DNA of 64,000 nucleotides from a virus: IMG/VR virus record IMGVR_UViG_3300044981_000152, positions 35,221 to 99,220 of that record; one strand, 5' to 3'. Shown piece by piece: positions 36,123 to 45,406 of this stretch (position 1 is its first letter; each line of letters starts with the position of its first letter). The notes under the pieces were generated by a model. It saw only the letters and a program-made list of their open reading frames with translations, ran no database searches and was not told where the DNA came from. The position numbers and the translations under genes were made by a program.

Positions 36123-36398
36123 TTGAGCATCCAGACGATCGCCGTGCAACGGCCGGCCGCCGACAAGCTCGTGCCCATCGCGGCAGCCTCGGCCCGGCTG
36201 GGCCGGTCAGTGTGGACGCTCAAGCGCATGCACGCAAAAGGCGAGCTGCCGGTCTTCATGGCCGGCGCCAACTGGCTCGTCCCCGAGAGCTTCATCGACT
36301 TGGTATTCGCGTCGATGCGACCCGGTCGCGCCGCCGACTTTGCGGAAGTGGCGCAGGCGTGGTTCGCGGCGAACACCCCCGAGGCGGTGGCGTCCTGA
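36123..36398 (+). CDS. excisionase-like HTH protein
   Basis: LVPIAAASARLGRSVWTLKRMHAKGELP...WLVP. Confidence 0.8.
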   Translation: MSIQTIAVQRPAADKLVPIAAASARLGRSVWTLKRMHAKGELPVFMAGANWLVPESFIDLVFASMRPGRAADFAEVAQAWFAANTPEAVAS

Positions 36399-36638
36399 TG
36401 CCCATTCCTCCCCGTCAGGTCCGCATCCTGCGCTACCTCGGCGACCGTCGCGCCGCGGTCACCGTCCGGGCGACCGCCCGAGCCCTCCAGATGAACCGGG
36501 ATGACACGAAGAACGCGCTCCGGCAGCTGGCAGACAAGGGGCCTCGTGGCCGCGGACCTGAGCACGTGGCCGATGACGTACGCAATCACCGACATGGGCA
36601 GCGCGGTCCTCGCCGCTGCCGCGCGGGAGCCGAAATGA
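36398..36638 (+). pseudogene. winged-HTH protein with +1 frameshift
   Basis: Removing one G at 36538-36541 restores LADKGLVAADLSTWPMTYAITDMG...*. Confidence 0.65.
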
Positions 36639-36734
36639 CCCGCACCCCGAACAACGCGAACGCCCCGGTGCGTGAACACCGAGGCGCTGGCCAAGGCCGT
36701 CCCACCCGTAGCCCTACGAGAACGGAACAAGCCG

Positions 36735-36962
36735 ATGACCGCCACGATACACCCCGCCCGCGTCCGCAAGCCGAACCGCCGTCCGGCCGCCCTGCCCGAG
36801 TCCTGCCCGCCGCTGCCGCCCTTGACCCCCGGGCGGTCCGCCCTGCTGCTCGCCGAGCTCGAGGAGTCCTGCGCACGCCGCGGACTGCCCCCGGTCTCGT
36901 CGGAGATGAGCGCGATGGAGGCCGTCGGCACGATAGCGGTCCTGGACGCGAGCACGCGATGA
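36735..36962 (+). CDS. hypothetical protein
   Basis: Protein-like ORF in the plus-strand operon. Confidence 0.45.
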   Translation: MTATIHPARVRKPNRRPAALPESCPPLPPLTPGRSALLLAELEESCARRGLPPVSSEMSAMEAVGTIAVLDASTR

Positions 36963-37092
36963 CCGTTCCCCCGGAGCGGCCACTCCCCCGGCCTCTCCGG
37001 GGGAGTACGGAAGGACCCGCGCCATGCCCGCTTACCGAACCCCCGGCAGGTACATCAAGCCCTGCATCGTTCCCCCCGGAGAGGAGCCTGTG

Positions 37093-37533
37093 ATGCCTCA
37101 GCACGGCACCTGGAAGACCACGGGCAGCAGCAGCGGCGTGGCCGTGCTGGCCGTGACAGCGCTCATTGTCGCCGCCTGTATCGGCCTCGGCGTCGGCGTG
37201 GCGAGGGCGGTCCCGGAACTGCTCCCGTGGATGATCACGGCCGGCGTCCTCATGTCCGCCACGGTGGTCGCGTATGCCGTCGTCGCGCTGCGGATCAAGG
37301 CGCGCGCCGTCGTGTACGCCGCAGACCGGGCGCAGCGGCAGGAGACCCGCGAGGCGCTGGCCCTGCAGCAGGCCCGGCAGGCGGCGGCGGTGCAGCACGA
37401 GCGCGCCCTGGAGATCGCCGCCGCGTCCGCCCCGAAGATCGTCATCGGCTCGGACCTGATCGCTGCCGCTGCCGCTGGGGCGCAGCTGCAGCCGCAGCGG
37501 GCCCAGATCATCCAGGGGCAGGTGCAGCGGTGA
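37093..37533 (+). CDS. two-TM membrane protein with coiled coil
   Basis: GAGGAG RBS; two hydrophobic helices. Confidence 0.7.
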   Translation: MPQHGTWKTTGSSSGVAVLAVTALIVAACIGLGVGVARAVPELLPWMITAGVLMSATVVAYAVVALRIKARAVVYAADRAQRQETREALALQQARQAAAVQHERALEIAAASAPKIVIGSDLIAAAAAGAQLQPQRAQIIQGQVQR

Positions 37534-37982
37534 GCACCCCCTGGGGGCGCCCGATCCGGCCCCGCCACTGGGCGAACCGCCAGCTCACCCAGGTCGCAGA
37601 CCGGAGGGCCAGGATCGCCAGATGGGCCCGGCTGCACGCGACCGGGAACCGCCAGCGGCTCTCCAACTGGCGGAACCGCCGCACTATCGAGCGCGGCAGG
37701 CGTCCCCGCATCACGCAGGCAGCCGATGCCGCCCGTTCGTCGCTGCCGGTCTACCGGGACCGGATCAACCGGGCCACGGGCCGCCCGCACCGGGACGACG
37801 CGCAACTGGGGCGCACGTCGGACCGGTCGCTGGCCCGGATGGCGCAGCAGCGCCAGATCCTGCGCGCGGCCAATGACGGCCCCGCGCGGACATCGCTCGC
37901 CCGCCAGTTCGCCGATGCGGGCGTCACGGTCACCCGCGAGCGCGGGAACGACGAGCCGCCGCGCGCAAGGAGGTCACGGTGA
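37530..37982 (+). CDS. Arg-rich hypothetical protein (ends RRSR)
   Basis: GTGA overlaps on both sides. Confidence 0.6.
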   Translation: MSTPWGRPIRPRHWANRQLTQVADRRARIARWARLHATGNRQRLSNWRNRRTIERGRRPRITQAADAARSSLPVYRDRINRATGRPHRDDAQLGRTSDRSLARMAQQRQILRAANDGPARTSLARQFADAGVTVTRERGNDEPPRARRSR

Positions 37983-38284
37983 GCATCACCCCCGACCGGG
38001 ACGCCTGGAACCAGCTGACCCGCGACGAGCAGACGGCACGTATCCAGCGGCACGTCGCCGCGCACGGCCGGTCCATGACCGACCCCGAAGCCCGCCAGGC
38101 GGCAGAACGCTACATGGCTGACCGCCAGGGTAAGCGCGTCCGGCAGGACGCCCGCGAGGGCACGCGGGCCCGGCTGCCGATCCAGTCCGACGCGGAGAAG
38201 CTCATGGCCGACCAGGGGCGCCCCCGCGAGGAACTCGTCGAGATGGAGCGGACGCGGCAGCGCAGGGCGGGGAGGTCGCGGTGA
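37979..38284 (+). CDS. hypothetical protein (ends GRSR)
   Basis: RBS; coupled. Confidence 0.65.
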   Translation: MSITPDRDAWNQLTRDEQTARIQRHVAAHGRSMTDPEARQAAERYMADRQGKRVRQDAREGTRARLPIQSDAEKLMADQGRPREELVEMERTRQRRAGRSR

Positions 38285-38556
38285 ACATCAGGTGGCCATG
38301 GGTCAGCCAGGACGAGCGGGATGAGGTCCGCCACTACCTGGGCCGCGGCGGTGCTCTCGCCCGGGGGATGCGCCAGGCTGCGAGCTGCGACCTGCCCGCA
38401 AGCACTTGGCACCCCGGCCCGGTACCGCCGGTCCGCCGGGTCCTCAGGCAGGAACGGGAACTCACTGCGCGGCGGGCCGATCCGGCCGCCGACCTGGAAC
38501 GCGCCAGGACTCTTGCCCGCGCGATGGACCAGTCCCTTAGAAGGAGGCCACGGTGA
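38281..38556 (+). CDS. hypothetical protein (ends RRPR)
   Basis: RBS; coupled. Confidence 0.6.
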   Translation: MNIRWPWVSQDERDEVRHYLGRGGALARGMRQAASCDLPASTWHPGPVPPVRRVLRQERELTARRADPAADLERARTLARAMDQSLRRRPR

Positions 38557-38741
38557 CCGCCGAGCGCACTTCCGAGGTCACGATCATCCAGCGGCACCTT
38601 GAGGCACCCGAGACCATCGAGCGCGGCCCGCGCGTCACGATGGCCGAGTTCTTCGAGAACCGCGCCGGGTCGACGGACCGCATGCTCAGGCTCCGGGGCC
38701 AGCGAGCGCAGGACCCCGGCCGCCAGGGGAGGTCGCGATGA
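38553..38741 (+). CDS. hypothetical protein (ends GRSR)
   Basis: RBS; coupled. Confidence 0.6.
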   Translation: MTAERTSEVTIIQRHLEAPETIERGPRVTMAEFFENRAGSTDRMLRLRGQRAQDPGRQGRSR

Positions 38742-38932
38742 GAGAATCCGATAAGACCGACCCCGCATACCAGTCCCCGGAGCGGATCGAACGCGGTAGC
38801 CGGGCCCTGGAATGCGAGTACTGGGAGAATGTGCGCGACCGCGACGACGACCTAGAGCGGCGCGTCCGCGAAGGTGTAGTCAAGGAACGCGCCGCCATCG
38901 CCCGGAACCGCGCATTGGCGAGGTCCCGGTGA
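38738..38932 (+). CDS. hypothetical protein (ends ARSR)
   Basis: RBS; coupled; shares PE.IERG with the preceding ORF. Confidence 0.6.
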   Translation: MRESDKTDPAYQSPERIERGSRALECEYWENVRDRDDDLERRVREGVVKERAAIARNRALARSR

Positions 38933-40749
38933 CCGCCCGTACGTCCGCCAAGCCCGCGAAGCGCCAGCGCGGCAAGGTAGAGAAGGCCGCGCTCCGCTGG
39001 GCGCTCATCACCGCCGTGTTCCTGGCCCCCGCCCTGGCGCGGCATTCGCTGCTGCTGGCGGTCCTGGGCGTCCTGGGCCTGCTCGCGCTCGCCGCCGTCC
39101 GCCTGGCCGTCGCGATCGGCCGCTACCGGCAGGGCGGGAAGGCCGCGATGCGCCGCCGCGCCAAGCACCAGGGCTGGGCGGGCTGGCGAGAGATCCGCAA
39201 GAAGCTGTCCCCCGCCGCCGCCCGGCGCAGCGCCCGGCTCCTCTACCCCGCCGTCCACCCGGCCCGCGTTCACGTCACCATCGGCCGCACCAAGGGAATC
39301 GGCCCGGTCAAAGGCAAGGTCATCGCGGGCACCCGGGCCGACACGTACCTGCTGCTCGCGCCGCCGCAGACGTTCAAGACCGCGCTGCTGTCCGACATGG
39401 CGGCCGGGGCCCCCGGCGCGCTGCTGGCCACCTCGAGCCGGGGTGACATCTGGCGGCACACCGCGATGACCCGCCCGGGGGGTGCGCGCGTCCTGAACGC
39501 ATCGGGCACCCCCGGCATCCCGAACGACTTCGCATGGTCCCCCGTCCCCGGCTGCAAGGACCCCGTGGTCGCGACCCGCCGCGCCGCCGACCTGATGGCC
39601 GCCTCCCCCCGCGATCCCGGCGGCCGGGACGCCTGGCACGAGGACCGCGGCGGCCGGATGCTGCGGTACATGCTGCACACCGCGGACCTCGTCGGCGCGG
39701 ACATGCACGATGTCAGGGACTGGATCCAGAACGCCCTGTCCGGCCACGCGCTGCACATCCTCGCCGCCGAAGGCAGCAGCCCCCGCTGGGCCAATGCCCT
39801 GGAATCGCTGATCCGGGGCAGCGGCGAGCATATCGGCTCGGTGATCACCTCCGCCGAGGCGGCGCTCGGCTGGATGGATGACCCGGTGATGGCCGCCGCC
39901 GCCTGCCCGGCCCCCGGCGACGGGATCGACGCCGCAGAGTTCGTGACCGGGAACGGCAGCGTGTACCTGATCAGCGAGGACCGCGAGCAGTCCTCCCCGG
40001 CGCCCTATTTCGCCGCGTTCACCGCCGAGGTGTTCTGCCAGGCCAGGGCCCGCGCGGAACGGTCCGGGGGCCGGCTCCCGGTCCCGCTGACGCTCGCGCT
40101 GGACGAGCTCCCGACCATTGTCCCGGTCCCGTTCCACAAGTGGTCCTCTGTCGCCGCCGGGTACAACATCTGCCTGATCGGCGGTGTCCAGTCCCCGTCG
40201 CAGCTCCCCGAACGGTGGGGGGAGAAGAATGCCAGGACGATCTGGACCAACTCCAAGATCAAGGTCATCGGCGGCGGGTTCACCGGACCGGACGACCTGG
40301 AAACCCTGTCCAGGCTGTGCGGCGACGTTGACACCTGGCATCAGGCGGACGACGGGACGCGGGTGCACGAGACCCGCCGGCTGTGCCCGCCGGAGCGGAT
40401 CCGCCTGCTGGACGCCGGCAAGTGGGAATGCCTGGTCCTGCACCGCAACGCCCGCCCGGTCGTGGCGACCATCACGCCCGTGTGGGACCGCCCCGGATAC
40501 CAGCCTGCCGTGGTGCCTGTACCGTCCGCGGTGCCGCAGCGGCCCGCAGTCACCCCGGCACCCGCCAGGGTCATGGTTCCCGCCCGGATGCAGCGCCTCA
40601 TCGCCACGCCCGTCCGGTCCCGGCCTGCGCCCCGCGCGCTGCCCCCGCGCCGGGCGATCGGGGCACCCGCCCGTCCCGCTCTCGCCGTCGACACGAAAGG
40701 GGAGGTGACCCTGTGGCCAGCAGCGAAGGCGGCCTCTTCCGCCGCCTGA
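38929..40749 (+). CDS. VirD4/TraG-like type IV coupling protein
   Basis: Two N-terminal TMs, variant Walker A APPQTFKT, FAWSPVPGC, LALDELPTI Walker B, VQSPSQLPERWG, LETLSRLCG. Confidence 0.88.
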   Translation: MTARTSAKPAKRQRGKVEKAALRWALITAVFLAPALARHSLLLAVLGVLGLLALAAVRLAVAIGRYRQGGKAAMRRRAKHQGWAGWREIRKKLSPAAARRSARLLYPAVHPARVHVTIGRTKGIGPVKGKVIAGTRADTYLLLAPPQTFKTALLSDMAAGAPGALLATSSRGDIWRHTAMTRPGGARVLNASGTPGIPNDFAWSPVPGCKDPVVATRRAADLMAASPRDPGGRDAWHEDRGGRMLRYMLHTADLVGADMHDVRDWIQNALSGHALHILAAEGSSPRWANALESLIRGSGEHIGSVITSAEAALGWMDDPVMAAAACPAPGDGIDAAEFVTGNGSVYLISEDREQSSPAPYFAAFTAEVFCQARARAERSGGRLPVPLTLALDELPTIVPVPFHKWSSVAAGYNICLIGGVQSPSQLPERWGEKNARTIWTNSKIKVIGGGFTGPDDLETLSRLCGDVDTWHQADDGTRVHETRRLCPPERIRLLDAGKWECLVLHRNARPVVATITPVWDRPGYQPAVVPVPSAVPQRPAVTPAPARVMVPARMQRLIATPVRSRPAPRALPPRRAIGAPARPALAVDTKGEVTLWPAAKAASSAA

Positions 40750-41438
40750 TGACGGCGATGATGCGGTCCCTGGCCGACGCCGCCGCCGACCGCGCCGGCC
40801 GCGCCGCGAGCGACGTGAGGAACCAGGTCGCCCACGGCGGCCGGTTCAACTGCATCTCTTGCGGCAAGAACTGCTGGACCGCCCGCGGGATGAACGCCCA
40901 CTTCCTGGCCGGGCACCTCCGGGAGGTCCGCAACACCCGCAAGGGCATCCCGAAGGACCGGCGCCGGGCATGGCTGCACGCCCGCGGCTGGCGGGAAGCC
41001 GCGGGCCTCATCGACGAGAAGGGCCACCGGACGGCCCGGGGCCGGTCCCGCCCCGCGGTGATCCCTGCGGACGGCCGGGCGCACGTGACCCACGGGCAGC
41101 TGCGCCAGCTCCACAAGCACGACCGCGACCACCAGAAGGCGCTCCGGCATGAGGCCAGGGCGACCCGCCACCATGCCGCGGGCCGTCACGGCAGGGCCGA
41201 GGCCCGGACCCGCAAGGCCGAGGGCCTGCGGTCCCGCTGGCCCGAACGCTCGCGCCCGGCCCCGGCTGCCCGGCCCGCACCGCAGCCTCACGGCAACGGC
41301 ACCAGGCCTGTACCCGCCCGCACCCCCGTCCTCGACGGCAGGCCGCTCCGCGAGCCGGGCAACGGCAACGGACGCGCTCCTGAACCACCCCGCCCGCCCG
41401 CCCGCCCTGAGGGCAGGCTCGCCCCACGCTCTCGCTGA
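40713..41438 (+). CDS. C2H2 zinc-finger-like basic protein (ends PRSR)
   Basis: FNCISCGKNCWTARGMNAHFLAGH; GGGGAGG RBS. Confidence 0.65.
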   Translation: MASSEGGLFRRLMTAMMRSLADAAADRAGRAASDVRNQVAHGGRFNCISCGKNCWTARGMNAHFLAGHLREVRNTRKGIPKDRRRAWLHARGWREAAGLIDEKGHRTARGRSRPAVIPADGRAHVTHGQLRQLHKHDRDHQKALRHEARATRHHAAGRHGRAEARTRKAEGLRSRWPERSRPAPAARPAPQPHGNGTRPVPARTPVLDGRPLREPGNGNGRAPEPPRPPARPEGRLAPRSR

Positions 41439-41446
41439 GGAGACGA

Positions 41447-42265
41447 ATGACCGTGACCCAGGCTGAAGCCGAGTGCCCGCAGACGTGGCTGGCCCGCCGC
41501 CTCGCCGCGGGCAGGCCAGCGGAGGTATGGGCCCCTGTGCCGGGCTGGTACTACGAGCAGATCGGCCTCCCGGTCCCCGCCGTCCCGCACCAGGTGTCCG
41601 ACCAGGGCCGCATCCGCAACGCCAAGGGCGAACCGCTGCGCGACCGGCCCAACGGCCGGCCGAAGGAACTCCCGGCCAGCCAGCAGTACCGCATCATCAA
41701 CCTGTCCAGCGGCGGCCGGAAGGTCACGGTCCCCGTCCATCACGTCATACTGGCGTGCTTCTGCCCGGAGGACCGGGGTGACCGGGAGGCTCGGCACCTC
41801 GGCCGGGGCGACGCGAACCGCGCGTGGAACTGGCATCCCGAGGGCGTCACCTGGGGCGACCGGCGGGAGAACGCCTTCGACAAGCCACCGGAGGTCCGGT
41901 CAGCCGCCGCCGCCAAGGCCCGCGCCGCGCAGACCGCGGCCGGCGCCGCTCACCCGCCCCGCCCGACGTTCGAGTGCCGCAACTACGCGCGGTGCGGCGG
42001 CATGGCCCTGAACGAGGGAAGCCGCTGCGCCTGGTGTGTCGTGCAGGTCGGGAAGGATGCCGCGGTGCTGCTCCGCCTGGGGATGCCGTCGCAGGCCGTC
42101 GGCGAGTTCTTCGGCCACACGTCAGGCGACTGGGTCCTGCGGCTCGCGATCGAGCACGGGGGATGGACGGGCAGCAAGGCCGAGGCCCGGATGCAGCACC
42201 CGACGCTGCGGCAGCGGGCCCGGCTGGTGCTGGCCAAGCGGAGGATGATAGGGCACCCTAAGTGA
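41447..42265 (+). CDS. NUMOD4/HNH endonuclease-like protein
   Basis: VWAPVPGW...QVSDQGRIRN, VHHVILACF...ARHL...N...WGDRREN. Confidence 0.75.
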   Translation: MTVTQAEAECPQTWLARRLAAGRPAEVWAPVPGWYYEQIGLPVPAVPHQVSDQGRIRNAKGEPLRDRPNGRPKELPASQQYRIINLSSGGRKVTVPVHHVILACFCPEDRGDREARHLGRGDANRAWNWHPEGVTWGDRRENAFDKPPEVRSAAAAKARAAQTAAGAAHPPRPTFECRNYARCGGMALNEGSRCAWCVVQVGKDAAVLLRLGMPSQAVGEFFGHTSGDWVLRLAIEHGGWTGSKAEARMQHPTLRQRARLVLAKRRMIGHPK

Positions 42266-42279
42266 TCGTGCTACGGAAC

Positions 42280-42486
42280 GTGACGGCCGGCGCTCGGCTG
42301 CCTGTCACTACCTGTGACACCGGAAACCAGGCACCTGTAACATTCGCCCCGTGCGTTACAGGTGGAAGGGGGCAGCCCGGGCGGGTGGCTGACGCCGTAG
42401 GCGGCGGCTTCCCCCGCTTGGCCAGCCGTAACGGAGCGTCACAGTCATCCGGGCGAGTGCCGACCGTGCCCGGTGCGGGGGGTCAC
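42280..42486. repeat. cluster of CCTGTNAC / GTNAC motifs
   Basis: CCTGTCAC 42301, CCTGTGAC 42311, CCTGTAAC 42334, inverted GTTACAGG 42355, further GTNAC copies. Confidence 0.6.
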
Positions 42487-42491
42487 GGACG

Positions 42492-44501
42492 GTGATCGCA
42501 TTCGGGGTCCTGGGCTTCGCCGTAGCCGCGGGCATCGCCGCGGTGCTGGTCCTGGTCGTCCGCGCGGCGGCTCACGGGCTACGCCGGCACCCGCTGCCCA
42601 AGCTCGCCTGGCGGTGGTTCACCGGCCTGCCCTGGGACGGGAAGGACCCGGTACCGGACGCGACATGGTTCCACCGGGGCTCCGAGGAAGCCAACGTGAA
42701 CGGCCGGCGGATCCGGGCGTTCTACTACCGGTGCCGGCTCGCGCGGACCTGCATCCGGCTCAGCGAGACCGCCGGAGCGTGGCTGGCCGCCGTGCTGCTG
42801 GCCCTGTGGGGATCCGCCTCGTCCGTGTCCCTGGGGATCACGGTGGCCGCCGTGCTGGTGATCGCCATCGGGCTGGCCGGGTGGACGGGGGCGCGGTGGG
42901 TGCGGGTGCGGATGGCGGACGTGAAGCCGTCCGCGCAGCTGGTCCTGTACCGGTCGCGTGCGGTGGCGGCGCTGCCGGGCCCGGCGCGGTGGGAGGCCAG
43001 CCGGGAACTGTACCGGCCGATGCACTACCGGGCGCACCATCACGCGGGCATCCCGCCGTCGTTCCGGCCGCGGCGGTGGATCGAGATCGAACCGGACCGG
43101 CAGACGGTCAGGCTGACCATCCCGGACGGCCTGGACACCAGCGGGAAAGCCCTGGCGGCCCTGCATCAGGTGGTGACGCAGACGGTGTTCTGCGACAACA
43201 CCCCCGACGTGACCCCGAAGATGGCCAGCCGCCGCCGCCAGCTGGTCTACACGGCGGCCAAGCCGCCGCCCCCGCAGCTGGTGCTGCTCGACGCGGACCC
43301 GGACCGGGGGGCGCCGGGAATCCGGCACCTGATCGAGGCAGCGAAGTGGCATGAGATCGTCCTGGGGTACGGGATCGGCGGCGAGCCGGTGGTCCGGTCG
43401 CTGGGCAAGGCGGTGCCGCACTGGGGCCTGTCCATGCCCAGCGGGGACGGCAAGTCGGTCTGCGCGGAGCTGATCGCCGGGCAGCTGCTTTTCCACGGCG
43501 CGGTCTGCCTGATCCTGGACTACAAGGTGTTCTCCCACCCGTGGGCGCTGTTCGCGATGCCGAACGTGTCCTACGCGGGGACCACGGAGCAGATCCACCT
43601 GACGCTGCTGTGGCTGAAGCAGGAGGCCGCGGAGCGGAAGGAACGCGGCCTCCGGTTCATCCAGCTTGACGGGACGATGGCCGGCGACGTCGGCCCGGTG
43701 ATCTTTGTGGTGGCCGAGGAACTGAACGCCACGATCATCGAGCTGAAAGCCTACTGGCGGTCGATCGACGGGACGGGGGAATCCCCGGCGGTCGAGGCGC
43801 TGCGGGAGATGCTGTTCACCGGGCGGGCGCTGAAGATCCACTTCCTGCTGATCGCGCAGAAGCTGACGGTGGCGGCGCTCGGCGGCAAGGACTCCGCAGC
43901 GCGGGAGAACTGCGCGGGGATCCTGATGGGCGGGTCAGCGTCGGCCCCGTCGTGGAAGATGCTCGCAGAAGACGTGGAAAGGCCCGCTAAGCAGTCCGTG
44001 CCAGGGCGGCATTTCGTCGTCGACCACGGCAACGTGACGCTCTGCCAGGTCGCGTACCTGAACCCGGCCGGGCACGCGGGCCCGGAGGCCCGGCAGCTCG
44101 CCCTGGCGGGCGCGGTGACGGCACTGCCGGAGGGTATCCCGCTGGGGATCGCGAAACCTATAACCCAGGCTGCCGGAATGTCCGGAATGCCCGATGTTAC
44201 GGGAACAAACGGCAGGCTGGAGCTGGAAACACGACCTGTCGGGGCATCTGTAACGGACGCGCCCGCCCAGCTCCTCATGGGGATCACGGAGGCATGCGAG
44301 AAGGGCATCCTCCCGTGCTCGCGGGGGACCGCGCACATGCGCCGTGCCCGCGACGAGAGGTTCCCCGCGCACGTCGAGGGCGCTGAAGGGCCGCGCGGCG
44401 AGAAGATGTACGTCGCCGGGGAACTCCACGAGTACGCCCGGATCGCGTGGGGCGAGCCGGATGACACGGGCCGCCGGCGGCCGGTGCGGGTAGCCGCGTA
44501 A
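42492..44501 (+). CDS. TraB/FtsK-SpoIIIE-like conjugative DNA translocase
   Basis: N-terminal TMs, SGDGKS Walker A, LILDYK, FVVAEELN, GRALKIHFLLIAQ, C-terminal HTH. Confidence 0.85.
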   Translation: MIAFGVLGFAVAAGIAAVLVLVVRAAAHGLRRHPLPKLAWRWFTGLPWDGKDPVPDATWFHRGSEEANVNGRRIRAFYYRCRLARTCIRLSETAGAWLAAVLLALWGSASSVSLGITVAAVLVIAIGLAGWTGARWVRVRMADVKPSAQLVLYRSRAVAALPGPARWEASRELYRPMHYRAHHHAGIPPSFRPRRWIEIEPDRQTVRLTIPDGLDTSGKALAALHQVVTQTVFCDNTPDVTPKMASRRRQLVYTAAKPPPPQLVLLDADPDRGAPGIRHLIEAAKWHEIVLGYGIGGEPVVRSLGKAVPHWGLSMPSGDGKSVCAELIAGQLLFHGAVCLILDYKVFSHPWALFAMPNVSYAGTTEQIHLTLLWLKQEAAERKERGLRFIQLDGTMAGDVGPVIFVVAEELNATIIELKAYWRSIDGTGESPAVEALREMLFTGRALKIHFLLIAQKLTVAALGGKDSAARENCAGILMGGSASAPSWKMLAEDVERPAKQSVPGRHFVVDHGNVTLCQVAYLNPAGHAGPEARQLALAGAVTALPEGIPLGIAKPITQAAGMSGMPDVTGTNGRLELETRPVGASVTDAPAQLLMGITEACEKGILPCSRGTAHMRRARDERFPAHVEGAEGPRGEKMYVAGELHEYARIAWGEPDDTGRRRPVRVAA

Positions 44502-45406
44502 TGAACGCAAACGACGGAAAAGATCAGCGAAACGGGACAACTATGGACGCCATGCCTACCGCACCAGCACACGCCAAGCCCGCCCGCCGCGACAGCCTCC
44601 TGCCGGTCCTGGTCCTCATCCTCGCCGGGGGCCTGCTCGAGGTGTGGGCGTCCTGGCTCCAGATCGGCGCCGTGTCCGGCTTCCCGCACCTGGGCCCGGT
44701 GACGACCGGGTGGATCCTGCCCGTGACCGCCGAAGCCTACTGGGGATCCGCTTTGTGGGCGTGGCTCGTGGATCCGGCCGGCCCGAAGTCGAGGCTGTTC
44801 GCGATGTGGTCGGCCGCCGCGGTGTTCGCGCTGAGCCTGGCCGGGCAGGAGTCCGACCACCTGATGGCCTTCGCGCACCGCACCGTCCCGCCTGTCGGGG
44901 CGGCGATGCTGCTGACCGCGCTGCCGCTGACCGCGGTCGCGATGGGCGCCATCCTGATCCACCTCCGCCAGGTCGACCGCGCCGAAGCGACGGAGGCTGA
45001 CGCGATGACGGCAGCGGCTGCTGAACTCGCCGCGCTGCGGGTACAGCTGGAGGTGCAGCGGGCGGCCGTTTCTGCGGCGCAATCCGAGCGCGACGAGGCG
45101 CAGCAGCATGCCGCAGAATTGCAGGCTAAGACTGATGTGCTCACCCGCAGGCTGGCCGCCGCTGCGGGTGTCAAGAGGGGTCGCAAGCCGCCCGCAAAAC
45201 GAGGCTCCGCTGCGCCCGCAACCAAGGTCCCCAGGAACGTCGACGTGCAGACCGAAGCGCTCGTCATCCTCGCCGCAGAACCGGACATCACCGGAGAGGA
45301 ACTCGCGGAGCGCGTAGGCCGCAGCGAACGGTGGGGGCAGACCTTCAAGAAGAACCACGCCCACCCGCCTGCAGGGCCGGCTGAGCAGACTCAGGAGACA
45401 TCATGA
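44501..45406 (+). CDS. Spd/DUF2637-like multi-TM protein with coiled coil and C-terminal HTH
   Basis: Four TMs, coiled coil, PDITGEELAERVGRSERWG; directly after the TraB-like gene. Confidence 0.75.
   Translation: MNANDGKDQRNGTTMDAMPTAPAHAKPARRDSLLPVLVLILAGGLLEVWASWLQIGAVSGFPHLGPVTTGWILPVTAEAYWGSALWAWLVDPAGPKSRLFAMWSAAAVFALSLAGQESDHLMAFAHRTVPPVGAAMLLTALPLTAVAMGAILIHLRQVDRAEATEADAMTAAAAELAALRVQLEVQRAAVSAAQSERDEAQQHAAELQAKTDVLTRRLAAAAGVKRGRKPPAKRGSAAPATKVPRNVDVQTEALVILAAEPDITGEELAERVGRSERWGQTFKKNHAHPPAGPAEQTQETS

Noticed and set aside
36123-45406. Complete autonomous ICE/AICE
   Set aside because: No integrase, replication initiator, relaxase, VirB4 or flanking att repeats recognised
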